A stretch of 63,961 nucleotides of DNA, counting the filler, from Choristocarpus tenellus KU-1152 (lineage: Eukaryota > Protista > Phaeophyceae), in the NCBI GenBank assembly GCA_964200185.2. It is 9 parts of 9 records of this genome, joined end to end, with 100 filler letters (N's around TTAATTAATTAA, not from the genome) between each part and the next. Parts side by side here need not be neighbours in the genome. Positions count along the whole stretch, not along the records: positions 16,927 to 31,686 come from CAXNAD020001119.1; positions 31,787 to 34,841 come from CAXNAD020022642.1; positions 34,942 to 40,616 come from CAXNAD020010052.1; 6 more parts are not named here. The stretch is one strand, 5' to 3'. Within the stretch, counting starts at the first letter, position 1. The number at the start of each line of letters is the position of its first letter. Shown here in pieces: positions 24,569 through 37,948 of the stretch. The notes beneath the pieces were generated by a model that saw only the letters and a program-made list of their open reading frames with translations, ran no database searches and was not told the DNA's origin. The position numbers and the translations under genes are program-made.

Positions 24569-26720
24569 TGGGTGTACCTATGTGTATAAGAGAGGTCGAT
24601 ATAAGAGAAAACGGGGTATAAGAGAGGGCAAATTGCCTTGACATGGTTTTGGAGGGATAAGAGAGGTTTCGACGTTCTCCTCCCAATTCTCTCTTATATG
24701 AAGCAAACTCGATTTTTTTTTACTACGTAACTGAGGGGTTTCGCAAAAAACCATGTCTACAGTAAGGCACAAACCTGGTCAACACCAGCAGTACACAGGA
24801 TAGCAGTCTTTTGTCCCTCAGTACTGCACAGCGCAGGACATACAGTATATCACATCAAGTTTAGACTATTGTACAGATATAACGATGCCCTGCACAGCGG
24901 GATCCAGCTGCAACATACAGGGCAATACTCCTGGTCCGCCACACTGTACATCCCAGAAGTATCGCATTTGTAGGGTCTATCTTCATGGCATTTGCAGTGT
25001 CATGGATCCTCTTGGCGCCAGCGAAATGAAACGCGGGTGAAAATTTTGCATGAGCCCTACCAAGCGCAAGGCTTCAAGTCCTCCAGCCAGTGATAAAACG
25101 GCATCGAAGTGCCACCATAGCAACAACAAGGGCAAGGGGAAGGTACTGCCAAATAAATCTACGGAGAAATCCGCGTCCTACAAGCCTCGTGGTGCTGACA
25201 ATCGTAAACACTTGGGCTTTGCAGAGAACGTGGAAAGGTTGACACTCCTGAAGACCATGACAGGAATTGCGGTTACTCAAAAGTCTGGAATCAGTCACAG
25301 CACCCTCTACAAGTTGAAGAAAGAGGCAACAACCATCATGGAAAAGTGCAGACACTGAAGTCTGACGCCAAAGTCTATGAGGGGTGCCAAACATGTCGAG
25401 GTGCGTCAGAGGGTGAATTGAACGTCTGAAAGCAGGTTGATTGTGATCGTGATTGAATTGTCTTTCTGCACTGTCTGCTGATGAGGATCAGAATTGAATT
25501 TTTTGAAACTTTGCGAGCGTTGCTGTCGTTTTGCATGTATGTAATGTGTACTGTGGTATCATGGGTGGTCATTTTGTCCCACAAGGTGTGCCTATATATT
25601 AATCAGGATCTCTCCGATGTTCTTGACGGTCTGCACCTCAGACCCGGCGGAAAACCGTCTCAGGCTTCCATCGACGCAGCGAGAGCGTGGATTGGTGTGG
25701 AAGAAGACAATGATGAAGTGACCAATGCGATACTAGAAGACATGGAAGACCAGCTGCTCGAAGAATCCTTGTACCAGTCAGACAATGAAAGTTCGGGTGA
25801 CGAGGATGACAATGGGTTTATGGGAGGGGGCAGCGCATCGGGGTCATGAGGAAAGGAGCAGCCTCTTCAGTGTTCTCAATTCCTCCACCGTCGTATTCTC
25901 AAGTAGCTGACGAGTTTGCAAGGTTAAAAAAAAACTTCGAAGAGTGCAGCATGAAAAATATTTCATACTATATCCAGAAAGCAAAGCTGACTTGGCTCAG
26001 CACGATCGGGGCTCAGCACGATCGGGGCAAGGGCAATCAAACAAGCGGACCCCAATTTTTATGGCAATCGCGATTCTTTCCTTAGCGAATAAGCTGTTTT
26101 ACTCAGTGCGTACAATGGGGGGTGCATGGCGGTGCAGCTGCATTTGATCCACGGTGGTGTTTTTAATCCTCTATTTTATAATATCCTTGTAGAGTGCAAT
26201 TGAATACTTAGGACAGGCATCGGAGGGAGATTGACTTTGAAAGTTGATTAGATTTGAACTGCAAGTCGTCTGTCCAGCCATCCAACGGCGTAAAGAATAT
26301 TTTTCTTGGGAAGTTGTACTGTACATATGAGTGAATACATCCTAATGAGTGTAATTTATCAAAGTACGGTACTGTATACATATCACACTGGTATACTGTG
26401 CAGGGGTGGTGTAGATGTGGTGCTTGCATCACCACAACTTCATCAAAATGGACTCACCGAGGGCAATTTTCAATACGTATCTACATGTAACTACTCTTGA
26501 AGGCACATGGGAAGCACAAACAGCAAGGGCGTCGCTCTGTCATCGTTCGGGGACAACTATAAAGTGTCTACGAGCACTGTTGCTCGATATAACATGGGTT
26601 TCTCTTATCACCATCCCTCCATCAAAGAGAAAGGCGCTCTTATATAAAATACGAGAGGATCGGGGGATATAAGAGAGGTTTTTCCCTTGCCCCTACCCTC
26701 TCTTATACAGGTTCACCCAC
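24569..26720 (+). mobile_element. Internally deleted pogo/Tigger-like element (~2.15 kb): CENP-B-type HTH plus acidic C-terminus, no DDE domain
   Basis: Imperfect TIRs TGGGTGTACC(TATG)TGTATAAGAGAGG / CCTCTCTTATACAGGTTCACCCA, with repeated TATAAGAGA motifs near both ends. ORF 25050-25358 RKHLGFAENVERLTLLK...SGISHSTLYKLKK resembles the CENP-B_N/psq HTH. Acidic relic at 25607-26085 carries a 16-bp tandem duplication at 25995-26026. Confidence 0.7.
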
Positions 26721-27328
26721 AATAACATTTAGTGTCAAGTTGAAAAACCAATGAAAAATATTGGCATGTCGGAGAAACCCCATAAAAAGTCACAGTTGTA
26801 AAATGTGCAAGACATTCTTTAATTTACTATTTTACTACTAGCTATGTTGGACCACTACCTTCCTGTGCCTCCAACCTAGCTTAGCCCTGTACCCCGAAGG
26901 TGAGGAGGTAGGGAAGCATCCCAAGAATCTAACAAGCCCCTCCTTGCCCATCTCCCCGGTGTCTCCAGCTAAAAACGCATGACACGTCGAGATAGTGCTA
27001 CTTGTGTTGTGACTTAAGAATATCTTACGTAGACGGGGGTTGACCCCACCCCTTTCCTGCTTTAGCCTCCTGTTTCTCTCCCCGTACCGTTTGAGTAGCT
27101 CGCTTATCCAGAAACTTTCTGCTTTTTACTGAGCGCCCAAATGGGATAACGAGATAAAATAATACATAATATTGCAGCAGGGCAAACCACTTCAAGGCAC
27201 GTTAGTGTCATACCAAAACGTACAAGTCTCCACAGCTGCCTTTGTTACGATCGCTTTCTCCTACATCTTGCGAGCCCTTTCGACCTTCTTTCGGGCTTCA
27301 GAGTCCTTGTACTCCAACCCTAACACCT

Positions 27329-27587
27329 GAACCGAAGTGCCTTAGAGGGTAGAGCTGCGTCCATTTGGGAGCCAAAATCCAATGTTGCGATTTTGATGTA
27401 ATTTTGGCTATCGTGTCTGTTAACAAGTGTCAATATCAATCTTCTGGACACACCTTTTCATAACATATCCACTTCAACTACTCCTAAACAATTTGGAGTA
27501 GGATAATGTCATAAAAGAACCCATGGGAAGCCAAGCCCCAAATGGACAAACAGGGCAAAACTCGTACCCTCTAAGATACTTTCGCTC
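27329..27587. mobile_element. MITE family A, full length (~258 bp)
   Basis: TIRs GAACCGAAGTGCCTTAGAGGGTA / TACCCTCTAAGATACTTTCGCTC; interior collinear with the 36650 and 40018 copies. Confidence 0.88.
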
Positions 27588-30500
27588 ATTTCCCAATCAA
27601 ATAATGGCAAAAACGCGGGGGAACATCTCCGGCGCAATTTTGAAGGTACAGTATTGCTTTATCTAACATGAAAATTCAGCATTATTAGAGAAGTTACATC
27701 AGATATGATCAAGGACTGACTCTCTGAGCACAACTATGACACGAATCTTCGTTTGCATAGTGTGTTATCCCATCTCTCTGCTCCCACTAAAACGAGTCAT
27801 TCCCTACCCCTATAGTAATAGGAAGGACAATTCTTACGAGTAGAAGAATTTCATGGATGGATTTAGCAGAGTAGTATCACCATTATGTAAGACTTGACCA
27901 TCAAACCAAGGATCATTCACAGGAATATTGGTGGCATGTAAAATAGGATGCTGATTCAATTCTCACAAAACACACACAGCAAGGGAGCTGGTCTCATCAC
28001 TTTGAAGCTACCACCTCCAAGTAACCAAATCTTGAATAAAATCTCTAAATGCACCAAAGGCATTATTAACACGTACAGTATGTCATTCCTGAGGGTTAAA
28101 TAACCCCAGCCAAACTTACACATGCAACTCATGGACTTTATCATAATGCCAGACTTTGGTGAGGGGCGGGGCAAAGAATCGCGATACATGATGTCTATCG
28201 TTAAATCCTCCCAATGGCACTGCGGGCCTTCCTAAGTCATGTGCCACATCACAGCATCCAAAAGGGAGAGGAAGGGTGGATACCACAGGGACCACAACAA
28301 GACACAATACGTGGGTAGGGCAAGGACATTGTTGGGGAAGAGTAAATCTCTATTCCTTGCGGAAAAAGCGCTGTACGGGCATCTACACTCAAATGTTTCA
28401 AGAAATAAAAAATAAAAAATGACACATCCACAAGGTCTTCAGGTAAAATGGTAAACCCAACGGCAACATTAACAGTGACACACTACAGAGATGAGCAAGT
28501 CGGTGGAGGAAGACACAATCCTGGAACATTTTCCTGTGGCACTCCAAACCATGCCCCTACACCACACTACAGGTCAGGTGTCCTTGTCAGCGGTATACAA
28601 GGAATAACATCTTTATTCACGTACAATAGATGCGGACACCACATACACACTGCAACAATTCAGGATACTTTTAGCTCACTTGAGCTATGGTGGAAAAATT
28701 GGTCACCACAATGCAGGAGCGCAATCAAACTGGATACAATAGTAGTCGGGATCTACAGCTTGCCTTGATCTGCCTCAAAAATATCACCATCGCGATCACA
28801 GCCCCACCCCCCACCCCCCCACTAACATCAAACAATCAGACACCATTGGCAGTAACATCTACTGGATTACATGACTGGTCTAGTAGAGGCACATTTTCAA
28901 GAAACAATTTAGACCAAAAGACCTAGTCAATCACCAGAGTCATGGCAACGAGGCTGGAGGCATAAACCCACCACCACGCCTGCGGCCCCCGGGGGCTACG
29001 GAGAAGAAGAAAATACAACAATGCACCAGCAGTGGCTAACCCCTCTTCTGTTAGGTACACTGGGTCGACCAGCAGTGTCCTCCAAGTGAAGGGAATCAAC
29101 ACCTTGATGCCGAAGTTCTGCTTGGACCAGTGCTCTTCAACCTAGGGCATGTGTTGAGGTCAGAAGAGGCACTGCTGTGAGAGAGGAGATTGAATTGAAG
29201 AGAAGGATATATGTCAAGGATGTTTCATAATGGCTTAAAAGCGTATACCACACGCTGGAAGATTGCGTTCCGCCCCCTGCGTTAGTGCCAGTATCAGGGC
29301 AGCCATGCAGCTGGGAATAAGTACACCAGGAGAGGTTTGAGGTAAGGCTTTGGATACCTCCCCAACTCAGATGTTGCTTTACCCTTCAACTGCTGCAAGA
29401 TCTGCAATTGGCCAAGAAGGCTGATTCACTCCCACATACTCAGGGTGCAATACATCTCAGCGTAGAGAGCCAAGAACAATACACAAGTACACATCTCAGG
29501 TTGCTTGTAATTTGTGAACATGATTGTGAGTTGGAGGTGGGGGTGTAGTGGTACACGTCCCACAAGAGCTCTTGAGACATTATCCCTGCTCAAAATGTGT
29601 ACCGAAGGAGCAGAAAAATATCAAAGGGTAAAATGATGTATTCTTTTTTTGTTTTGTCTCACTCCATAACAATGACCAACTCAAACCAATGTCGGGATCC
29701 CCACTGCAGTCCAATATCGATTCACAGGAATAAACAGGGGAAAACTCCACCCAATACTCTCTGTGAAAAACAACTCCTTCACTTCTATGTTGAGCACATA
29801 GAAATCTCCACCCAAGAAGCTGATCAACCAAGAGACAGACCACCAGAACACACACACACACCTACATAGTAAAATGGCATAGCAGACAGACAGCAAACAT
29901 AGAAGATGCCTTGCCCCACTTAAAAGCCCAATATAGCACAATGCACCAAAGCAACAGAGACAGTTCACAACATACACAGAATCCACAACACAATGAGAAC
30001 CTATATTAGACCTCTCATACTGAGCAGTCTTTTTTCGTCAAGGAGGCACATATATGGAAATGACAAGAGTCCGTGGGATGGTATGACCATGAAAGAGAAA
30101 CTGATCATGACATGATATGAAAGTATAGACAAAATAGTATCAGTGGTACATCTGTACACTGGCAGTATTCCTTAGAATGTCATACTGATACATCAATCCC
30201 CCAGTATTTGGTTGTCAGGAATCTCCGATGTATCCTCAAAATCGTTACGTCACGCATCTTTTGGGTGTAATTTAGTTACCTGATTTTTACCAAAACTAAC
30301 TCGAACCAAACAGGTGATTCTGACCTACTATGCTATCCCACGCACAACATTGCACACCACATGATTATATACAGAGATAACACAAATAGACATTTTGCGG
30401 ACCTCGACAAAAAGGGGCATCAATATTCAAACCAACATGAGATAGCCCACTTTTGGTGTGAGAGGGACAGGGTCGGTCAGGGGTAACAGGTCATTCCAGT

Positions 30501-30727
30501 CTTTGACCAGGGTGATGACAACATACTGAGTAATATGGAATGGGTGTAACTGCGGAATCCAAGTCGCTCCTCATTGTCTATAAGTCAAGTCATCCTGTGA
30601 TACGGGGGTGGTGTGTTGCACACAAAGTCCTCTGTGTAGGTTTATGCCTTCAAAGGACAACTCCAGAATCAGGGAGAGGCCACGAGAGAGAGAGATAGAG
30701 AGAGAGAGCAGGGACGGACTTGCTTAC

Positions 30728-30858
30728 CACAGAACACTTCTTCATGCACAGCTCAAGTGCATTCATCTCCTTAATGGAAGTTGGCACAAGTGAGACCATG
30801 GCCAGCTGAGCCCTTGAGACAGCACCAGTTGTTGCCTCAAGTGCAGCATTGAGTGCAG
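30728..30858 (-). CDS. Internal exon of an unidentified gene; further candidate exons near 31500 and 29100-29450
   Basis: CAG acceptor and GTAAGC donor flank the open frame AALNAALEATTGAVSRAQLAMVSLVPTSIKEMNALELCMKKCSV; no recognisable family. Confidence 0.4.
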
Positions 30859-31786
30859 CTGGTCGCAGATAGGAGCAGGAAATGATTGCCGAGGAGGTTG
30901 AGGTGGATGGGACAGTGGAGGAGGTTTGGCAGGGATGTGGGAAGGTCAGTTGGAGCGAGAGAAAAGGAATTGCAAGAAAATAGGGGTGGGTAAAGCTAGT
31001 GGCGAATGGCGGGTAGTGCACAGGATTTGTGACTGAATACTGAAACAGCATTCAAGGCGCATTCTTGCCACCTTCAACTATGTTTCCAGCAACAGGCTCA
31101 TCGCTTGGAATCCCTTCAATGCACTACTATAGAAGTACAGTGTGAAGGGGCCTTCGACAAACACGCGTCATCACAGACCCGCCGCATGCTTTTTTCATCG
31201 GAGTGAACTCTTCATTCTTTCAAGCCCATCAAAAATTAAGTGGTTGTCTTTGGCATTAACAAGGCGAAATCACAACTCAGGTAGAGTTCACTGCAGGGAG
31301 GTTAGCGGGGTAAGCAAACCTTCTTACACCGAAAAGCAGTGGCACACGAGCTTCCACACCTGCTCTGAGAGTGATGTGGAGTATCAAAAACTGAAAGTGC
31401 ACAGCTATGAAGAGAAACAGGGTGCTGCGTTGCAGGTGTGCTGTTACAGCAAGAACCAAGTGAAGGAGCAAGAACAGTGTGAACCATCCCTCCCCCCCAC
31501 GCCAGCCTCGGAGCACCATGCGAAGCGAGTGTGCCTCCTCACCTGATCTGTGGCATTGTTGCACCGGTGGAAGGTAGGGTAGGGGGGGGGGGGGGGGGGG
31601 GGGGAAGAGGGGGGGGGGGGGGGGGGGGGAAAAGGGGGGGGGAACACCCCCGAAAGGAAGGGGGGAAAAAACACAAAAAAAAAAAANNNNNNNNNNNNNN
31701 NNNNNNNNNNNNNNNNNNNNNNNNNNNNNNTTAATTAATTAANNNNNNNNNNNNNNNNNNNNNNNNNNNNNNNNNNNNNNNNNNNN

Positions 31787-31854
31787 TCAAACTTGTAACA
31801 TTGGATTTTGACCCCCAAATGGACGCAGCTCTACCCTCTAAGATACTTTGGGTC
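31787..31854. mobile_element. MITE family A fragment (reverse orientation) at contig start
   Basis: GGACGCAGCTCTACCCTCTAAGATACTTTGGGTC. Confidence 0.8.
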
Positions 31855-34694
31855 TTTGAGTCTATTTTTCTTTACCTTTCCTCTCTATTTCTCATCTAGG
31901 ATATTTCTTTAATATCCCTCGCCAAGAGCTACCGATTCACACTGTCCACATGTCTCCCAACACAAGTAGTATCATCATAGTAGTGGTGGCACTAGCAGTC
32001 TTATCAGTCTGATATTTCAGAGGGATTTGGAGGCCTCCATACCACAAAATCTTCCCCTCCATATCATTGTTATTGTTTCAGCTGCGATTGTCTCCCTCAA
32101 CAATTTTTCGAAGTGTCATTTACCAATCCCTATACCTCTTAGAATAGGTTGTGAAGGTTCACCCAAACCTCCACAATAAGCGATGAGACAGAGGGTATAG
32201 CAAGAGATGTGTGTGGGTTTTGATAACAACTCAGGGTATCTTCCGACAGCTTCACCAGATAAGAAATCGACCCAGACGGCAATAGTGGATTCCACTCTCT
32301 CTTGAACGCAATGACCAACACCAAGGTAACGCAAAACCTCCTCCATTGCACCTTTCATAGTCTGCCTTCCATCGATGCTGTTATAGACCTGTGTCATACA
32401 TTCTCCATAGTGGTCTCTGCTCATCCTTTGCATCAAACTTCCTCCATCACCAACCTCACTATATACCGAATATCTTCTTGTCTTCAGACACCTCCTCAAG
32501 CATCTCAACAGGTACAAACTCTACGTGGGAAGTTGGACGAAGGTTCAGTGGACTGGATTGCTAATAAGACCACGAAAAAAATTCCAAACTATGTGACCTC
32601 CATATTGACAAGGTCAACTTGCTGGGGTTTGGGGTGAAGCATGATTCGTACAAAGCAGAGAGCATTCTCATGGCCACTTTGTCCTGATCAAGAGTATCGA
32701 GTAAAGGGTCATTGGTGCAACTGAGTACCTAAGGGTGAAAATGCTAGGAGCGGTAGCAAAGATGATTGGTCAGAACATCGTTGAGTGGGTTGATGAGGAT
32801 GATCACAACGAAAACAAAACGTCTGTGTGCACCATGTGGATCGACCCAGTGGCAGAATGATGCATGCACTTTAGGGAACAACATCAGCGCACAATATCTA
32901 CAACTATAGTTCATCCAAAGTGAACTACTGTGCCAATGTCACCTCCTTGTCAGAAGGAGTGTCAGTCACTTCGAGTACCAATCAGGATCCCATGTTTTTC
33001 GTTGTTTTGGCAATGATCGTAGTACTAATGCGTTTCATGTTGTATACACATATTGCGTATGTATACAAACTATGTTTCTATCTCTCCCCCTTTCCACTAT
33101 ATCATCATTGTAATATTAAGTCATGGCAATGTCCTTGTCTTATTTCCGTGCTTCATACTATTGCAGTGTGTAGGTGTGTACAGTAGTAGCGTATATTGCA
33201 TCATGTAGCATACATCACCAATACTTCTCTAAATATATAGTGCCACTACTACTACTACTACTACTACATGCACTTGAAGTATATATAGTAGTACAAAAAA
33301 CACTAGTTGTTGTTCTTAGTGCTAAAACTCCTCCCTCGAACGCCTGGAAGAATATCATTAGGTCATCGGGTTTTTTCTTGTACTATCGATACTACGTTGA
33401 TTCGTTTTGAAATAAGTACTTGGGGTGGCACTAGTTGGTCTCTTACACATTCAAAAAGTAACATGATGATGATGGTGATCGTCTTTGGTGTTAATTAGGT
33501 TATTGTCATGTTGATTGTTTGTTTTGTTTTGTTGTGGTTGCCATCATTTCATCGCTAACTACCACTCCTATAATACTACCACCTATAGTAGTGCTATTAC
33601 AAGTAATAATGGGTGATAACACAGATCATTGGTGGGAAGAGGGAGCGGCATTCTCCTCATCGGAAACATCGTTGAGAATGTCACCATCAGGAAAATGAAA
33701 GTAAGGTGGACAGGAGAAGTTTTGGAGTGTCATTATATTTCCATAGTAGATTCACCTACGAGTTTCTTACTCCTCAATTTTTCTTTATTCTTGCATTGCA
33801 TTTTCCCATTATTTCTGTTGTACAGCTTGTATTTTTCAATCAATGTGTATTGCCTGTTTTGGACTACTTTTTCGACCACAGGTCTGGGACCCCTTACATT
33901 AATCTGAAAAAAACTAGTAACTCTAAACTACCCTATATTGTAGTGGTAAATATTCAGAGCTTCAAATTTTATATCTAGCACCCTACTTCCGTGCCTGAGA
34001 TGCAGGTACACCCCCTAGGAAGGAGGCTGTGACTGTAGAAAAAAAGTTTATTCGTTCATAAAAGTGTGAAATCACTCTGGGGAGTGCTGGATAGCATTTA
34101 CCGCAAGGCACTCACAAGGGCCCCAAATACTCAACAGTACTCCGCACTTAGATAGGATGACTCTCTCATGGTTCAAGCAAGCAGCCTCGAGGGCTCAAGT
34201 GTAACCAGGTGTCTACCACCTGTCTGGGCCCCAGGACCAAGCACTATCATAACATTTTAGAAGAAGGACTGCAGAACTTGGAGTCGGTTAGAGCCAGAAG
34301 TGGTTGGCATCCTGGAGGTAGAGCAATCAAAGTGTTACTCAAAGGTTTTGGGGGGGTTAGTAGAAGGCTGTGCTACTATTACACCATGTGATTCTAGCAA
34401 TCGAGTGATTCTAGCAATCAAGGATCCATGAGAGCTTACTAAGGATCTCGTTATTGGTCGAAAAGGAAGGATTCTCATCAGCCCACCCATAAAAACGAGG
34501 GGTTGCTGGGGAGAAATAATGGTGAACTATTGAAATTTATGGAGAACTTGCCAGAAAAAGAAGCTGATATTTCACCAAGATTTGCGTAAATAAATAACTT
34601 GATTAAATCTTCACTGGTTCACACAGGTTGTAGAAGAATTAAGGGAGGAGAAAGTAGAAGTGGGCCTTCAAGTCTGAAGGGGTGGGGAGTCTCA

Positions 34695-34841
34695 GGGTCA
34701 AAGTATCTGGGGGGGGGTTGTCGGTGTCCGTTTTTCACTCTTTTTTCGATTTTCACTTTCTTGGTGTGATTTGGTTGCACGTGTCGGATTTGAAATGTCA
34801 GCAAAAAGAAGAGTTGTTTGTCCGAAACGGACGCCCCCTCA
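34695..34841. mobile_element. MITE family B-related copy truncated at contig end
   Basis: GGGTCAAAGTATCTGGGGGGGGG terminus; interior is the reverse complement of family B (GGTGTGATTTGGTTGCAC.GTCGGAT). Confidence 0.7.
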
Positions 34842-34984
34842 NNNNNNNNNNNNNNNNNNNNNNNNNNNNNNNNNNNNNNNNNNNNTTAATTAATTAANNN
34901 NNNNNNNNNNNNNNNNNNNNNNNNNNNNNNNNNNNNNNNNNATAACGGTATATGGCATACGGCAATAACGGTATAATAACAGAT

Positions 34985-35084
34985 AAACATGCTTTCCACA
35001 ATAGCCAAAATTACATCAAAATCGGAACATCGGATTTTGATCCCCCAAATGGACGCAGCTCCACCCTCTAAGATACTTTGGCCC
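34985..35084. mobile_element. MITE family A fragment (reverse orientation)
   Basis: ATAGCCAAAATTACATCAAAATC...GGACGCAGCTCCACCCTCTAAGATACTTTGGCCC. Confidence 0.8.
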
Positions 35085-35318
35085 TTCATATCAAGCATTG
35101 ATGTCCACCTTCTCATTCCTTCTCGTCCCGTCCAAAAAATAGTATTTTTATCTACTTTTTCTTCGTATTTAGAAAATATTTCAACCTTTTTCTTCTCTAG
35201 TATTATTCATATTATTAGAGGCTTAAAAATTGAAATATTAGTTGGTAGTGATACTTGAGAGGCACTAGATATTGCACGATATCTACTTATATACTTACAA
35301 ACATGATACTTTGTACAA

Positions 35319-35452
35319 CAATTAACAGCCGATTTCAATAATTGAGGATGGAGCTTTTCATTGAGGATAGGCTCGACCAAAAATTGACTGGGATAAAGTG
35401 TCGATATGTTTTTTTCTGTATTGTCTCAATTTTTGAAATCGGCTGTTAATTG
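35319..35452. repeat. 28-bp inverted repeat enclosing 78 bp (mini-MITE or hairpin)
   Basis: CAATTAACAGCCGATTTCAATAATTGAG vs CTCAATTTTTGAAATCGGCTGTTAATTG; one mismatch. Confidence 0.85.
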
Positions 35453-36085
35453 AAGACGTGAGTACTCCATGTACCTAAGAGAAGTGTCTAAGAAAATACA
35501 AGCATTACTCGTCAAACATGTCAGGTGACGGCTACTTTGTCCCTGCACTATTATCCACTAACAACCTTACTTAAGCCTTTCCTGCCATCCTTAGCACTAA
35601 CCCCTATTTTGACATATCGGATCATTTTTTACAACATTGATATTTGATGGCCGATACAATCTGAAAACACCACGAAACCATTGCCGCCTTGTGACTGTGA
35701 AGGTTACAGGCTTACAGGTCACAGTTTTACAGTCTTGGTGTTGATGTTTGACTCGGTGGAGTGGATCACATCACACAACCGATATAGAAAGCAAAATATG
35801 GAAAATGAAAAGAGGTGTCCCCCAATTTGGCAAGGTGTTCCCAACAGTTGAGACCCAGGAAATCACACTTGTCTGCCCTCCGAACAGTCGAGAAATCTCG
35901 ACACCTAACCGCCACCTGACATCTTTGCTACTCATCTAGGACACAATAGCTGGGAAGAGACCTAATTGGCGCCATCAACATCGCCGGATCTAACCCTAAC
36001 CCAATGGGAAAAGGGGGGGGAGCAAAAAACTCCAAAGTCCACTTGCCTATCTAATCCGAGTACCACTCATCACCTATCGCCCAAT

Positions 36086-36365
36086 GACCCAAAGCATTTA
36101 AGACGGTAGGGCTGCTTCCATTCGATGTCATAGATCCAATGTTGCGATTTTGATAAATTTCAGCTATCGTGTTTATAGCAAGTGTCAATATCCTTGCTCT
36201 GGACACACCTTTCATAGTCTTAAACATTTCACACACTCCCATACATTTCGGAATAGGTAACTATGTTCACACAGAAAACTGAAAGTTGAAATAAAAAACC
36301 CGTGGTAAGCCAAGCCCCGAACGGACAAACAGGACAAACTCCTACCCTCTTGAACGCTTTAGGTC
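36086..36365. mobile_element. MITE family A variant (TIR GACCCAAAGCATTTAAGA)
   Basis: Interior collinear with family A (ATCCAATGTTGCGATTTTGAT...AAGCCAAGCCCC...GGACAAACAGG). Confidence 0.75.
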
Positions 36366-36469
36366 AAAAAGGGAAAAGGAATGCAAGAACATTCAACGTA
36401 CAGGAAGGAGAGCAATGAGAAAAGAAATGTTCCAAAGGAAGTGGTGTATGTGTTTGTGCCTTGGTCTAC

Positions 36470-36570
36470 TTGGATGGCCTTAGCTGCTGCCTTACCATGA
36501 GATACGTCTGCTATCACAGCTTCTTTGATATGCCACCTGTCCATGAAGCTCTTGGTTCCACGAACCAATC
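36470..36570 (-). mobile_element. Possible RTE-like LINE ORF 3' fragment
   Basis: VRGTKSFMDRWHIKE resembles the GxxxFMxxWxxxE ends of RTE-like ORFs; short and weak. Confidence 0.25.
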
Positions 36571-36649
36571 AACTAAGCTTACTACCTGTGTTGAGTTTGT
36601 TTCCCCTGTACTCTACACCTTGGCTGTGTTCTTGTAGACACATCCAACA

Positions 36650-36907
36650 GAGCCAAAGTATCTTAGAGGGTACAGCCGCGTCCATTTGGAGACGAAAATC
36701 CAATGTCGCAATTTTGGTGTAATTTTGACTATCATGTTTGTTAGGAGATGTCAATATCCTTGTCTGGACACTCTTTGTCATAACGTATACATTTTACCTA
36801 CTACGAAACATTTTGAAGTAGGTAAAATGTCAATAAAAACCCATGGGAAGCCAAGCCCCACATGGACAAAGAGGACAAAATTCGTACCCTCTAAGATACT
36901 TTCACTC
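36650..36907. mobile_element. MITE family A, full length
   Basis: GAGCCAAAGTATCTTAGAGGGTAC / GTACCCTCTAAGATACTTTCACTC. Confidence 0.9.
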
Positions 36908-37948
36908 GAATCACCGCTGGATCAAACTCAAACTTAAATCGTGGCAAAAGGTATGGAGAATGGACTTTGTTTGCGATCAAGTGGACTGGAAATGTGGTGT
37001 GTACGCCTCCATGGTGAATAGGATCCCTGTGGATGAAACCTGGTTTTACGTGATAACTGATGGGGAAAGGGTTAGGGTATTTCCGCATGAGGATGAAAGC
37101 GACCTTCCAGAGTCCCCTACTGTGCAGGACAAGAGTCACATCCCCAAGAGCATGATCATTGCGGCCAACGCCCGCCCAGATTCGACTCGCAGATTTGATA
37201 GAAACCTTGGTGTTTGGTGTGTGTGTGCGCCAAAAACGGCAGACAGGACAAGCAAGAACCATAAATAGGGGGATGTGTATAAGCAGGATTGTACTTTAGA
37301 CCACCTGTGGCAAAAGGAAGCGGCACACGGAGGAGTTACTGCCTGCAATCAAGACCAAGATGCCTTGGTTGCAGGGGAAGCACGTTGTTGTCCAGCAAGA
37401 CGGTGCCACCCCCTACATGGGCAAGGGCAACTCAGAAATTTTGTCAGGGGCAGGGAAGACTGAGGGGTGGTTGATTAGGCTTGTGACGCAGTGATCTAAC
37501 TCCCCCGACCTTATATCATAAATCTGTGCTTCTTCAGGTCTTTGAGATGCCAGGTGATGGGGGAGCAGTTTGGGTCTGTCGAGGACATGATGAAGGTCAT
37601 TAAGAAACAATATAAAGAGTATGATGAAACCACACTTGAGAGGGCTCGGCAGCTCCTTTCGTGGTGTACAATCAAGTACTTAGATACAAAGGGGGGAATG
37701 ACTTAGTATGGAGCACACAGGGGTAAGGAAGAGGCAGTTGTCTGGTGAGCTAGAAAACACGCCAAAGGTAGGCATGGAGGCTTTTTCTGTGGCTGATAAA
37801 ATTGTGATGGATGGGGAGTAATAATAATAGAAAGGGCTGGCCCTAACCAGAAATTCGTCGAGGATTCCAAATCTTCCAGAAATGAATTTCATCAACATCT
37901 TCAAAGGTTATGGGCAATGCGGAAAATACTTCTGGCACGGAGGTAGTA
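36908..37948 (+). pseudogene. DD39D-type (plant-mariner/Stowaway-associated) transposase relic with right TIR
   Basis: VDETWFY...VQDKSHIPK...NARPD...FD..LGVW...RTSKNH*GD; VVQQDGATP...Q*SNSPDL..NLCFFRSL; KGGND. Stops and frameshifts throughout. Ends GGCACGGAGGTAG|TA, like the Stowaway ACGGAGGGAG|TA terminus. Confidence 0.88.

Noticed and set aside
31583-31686. Poly-G tracts / poly-Pro ORFs at contig ends (also 4034-4054, 57069-57097, 57253-57315)
   Set aside because: Low-complexity sequence where the assembly broke; possibly sequencing artefact.
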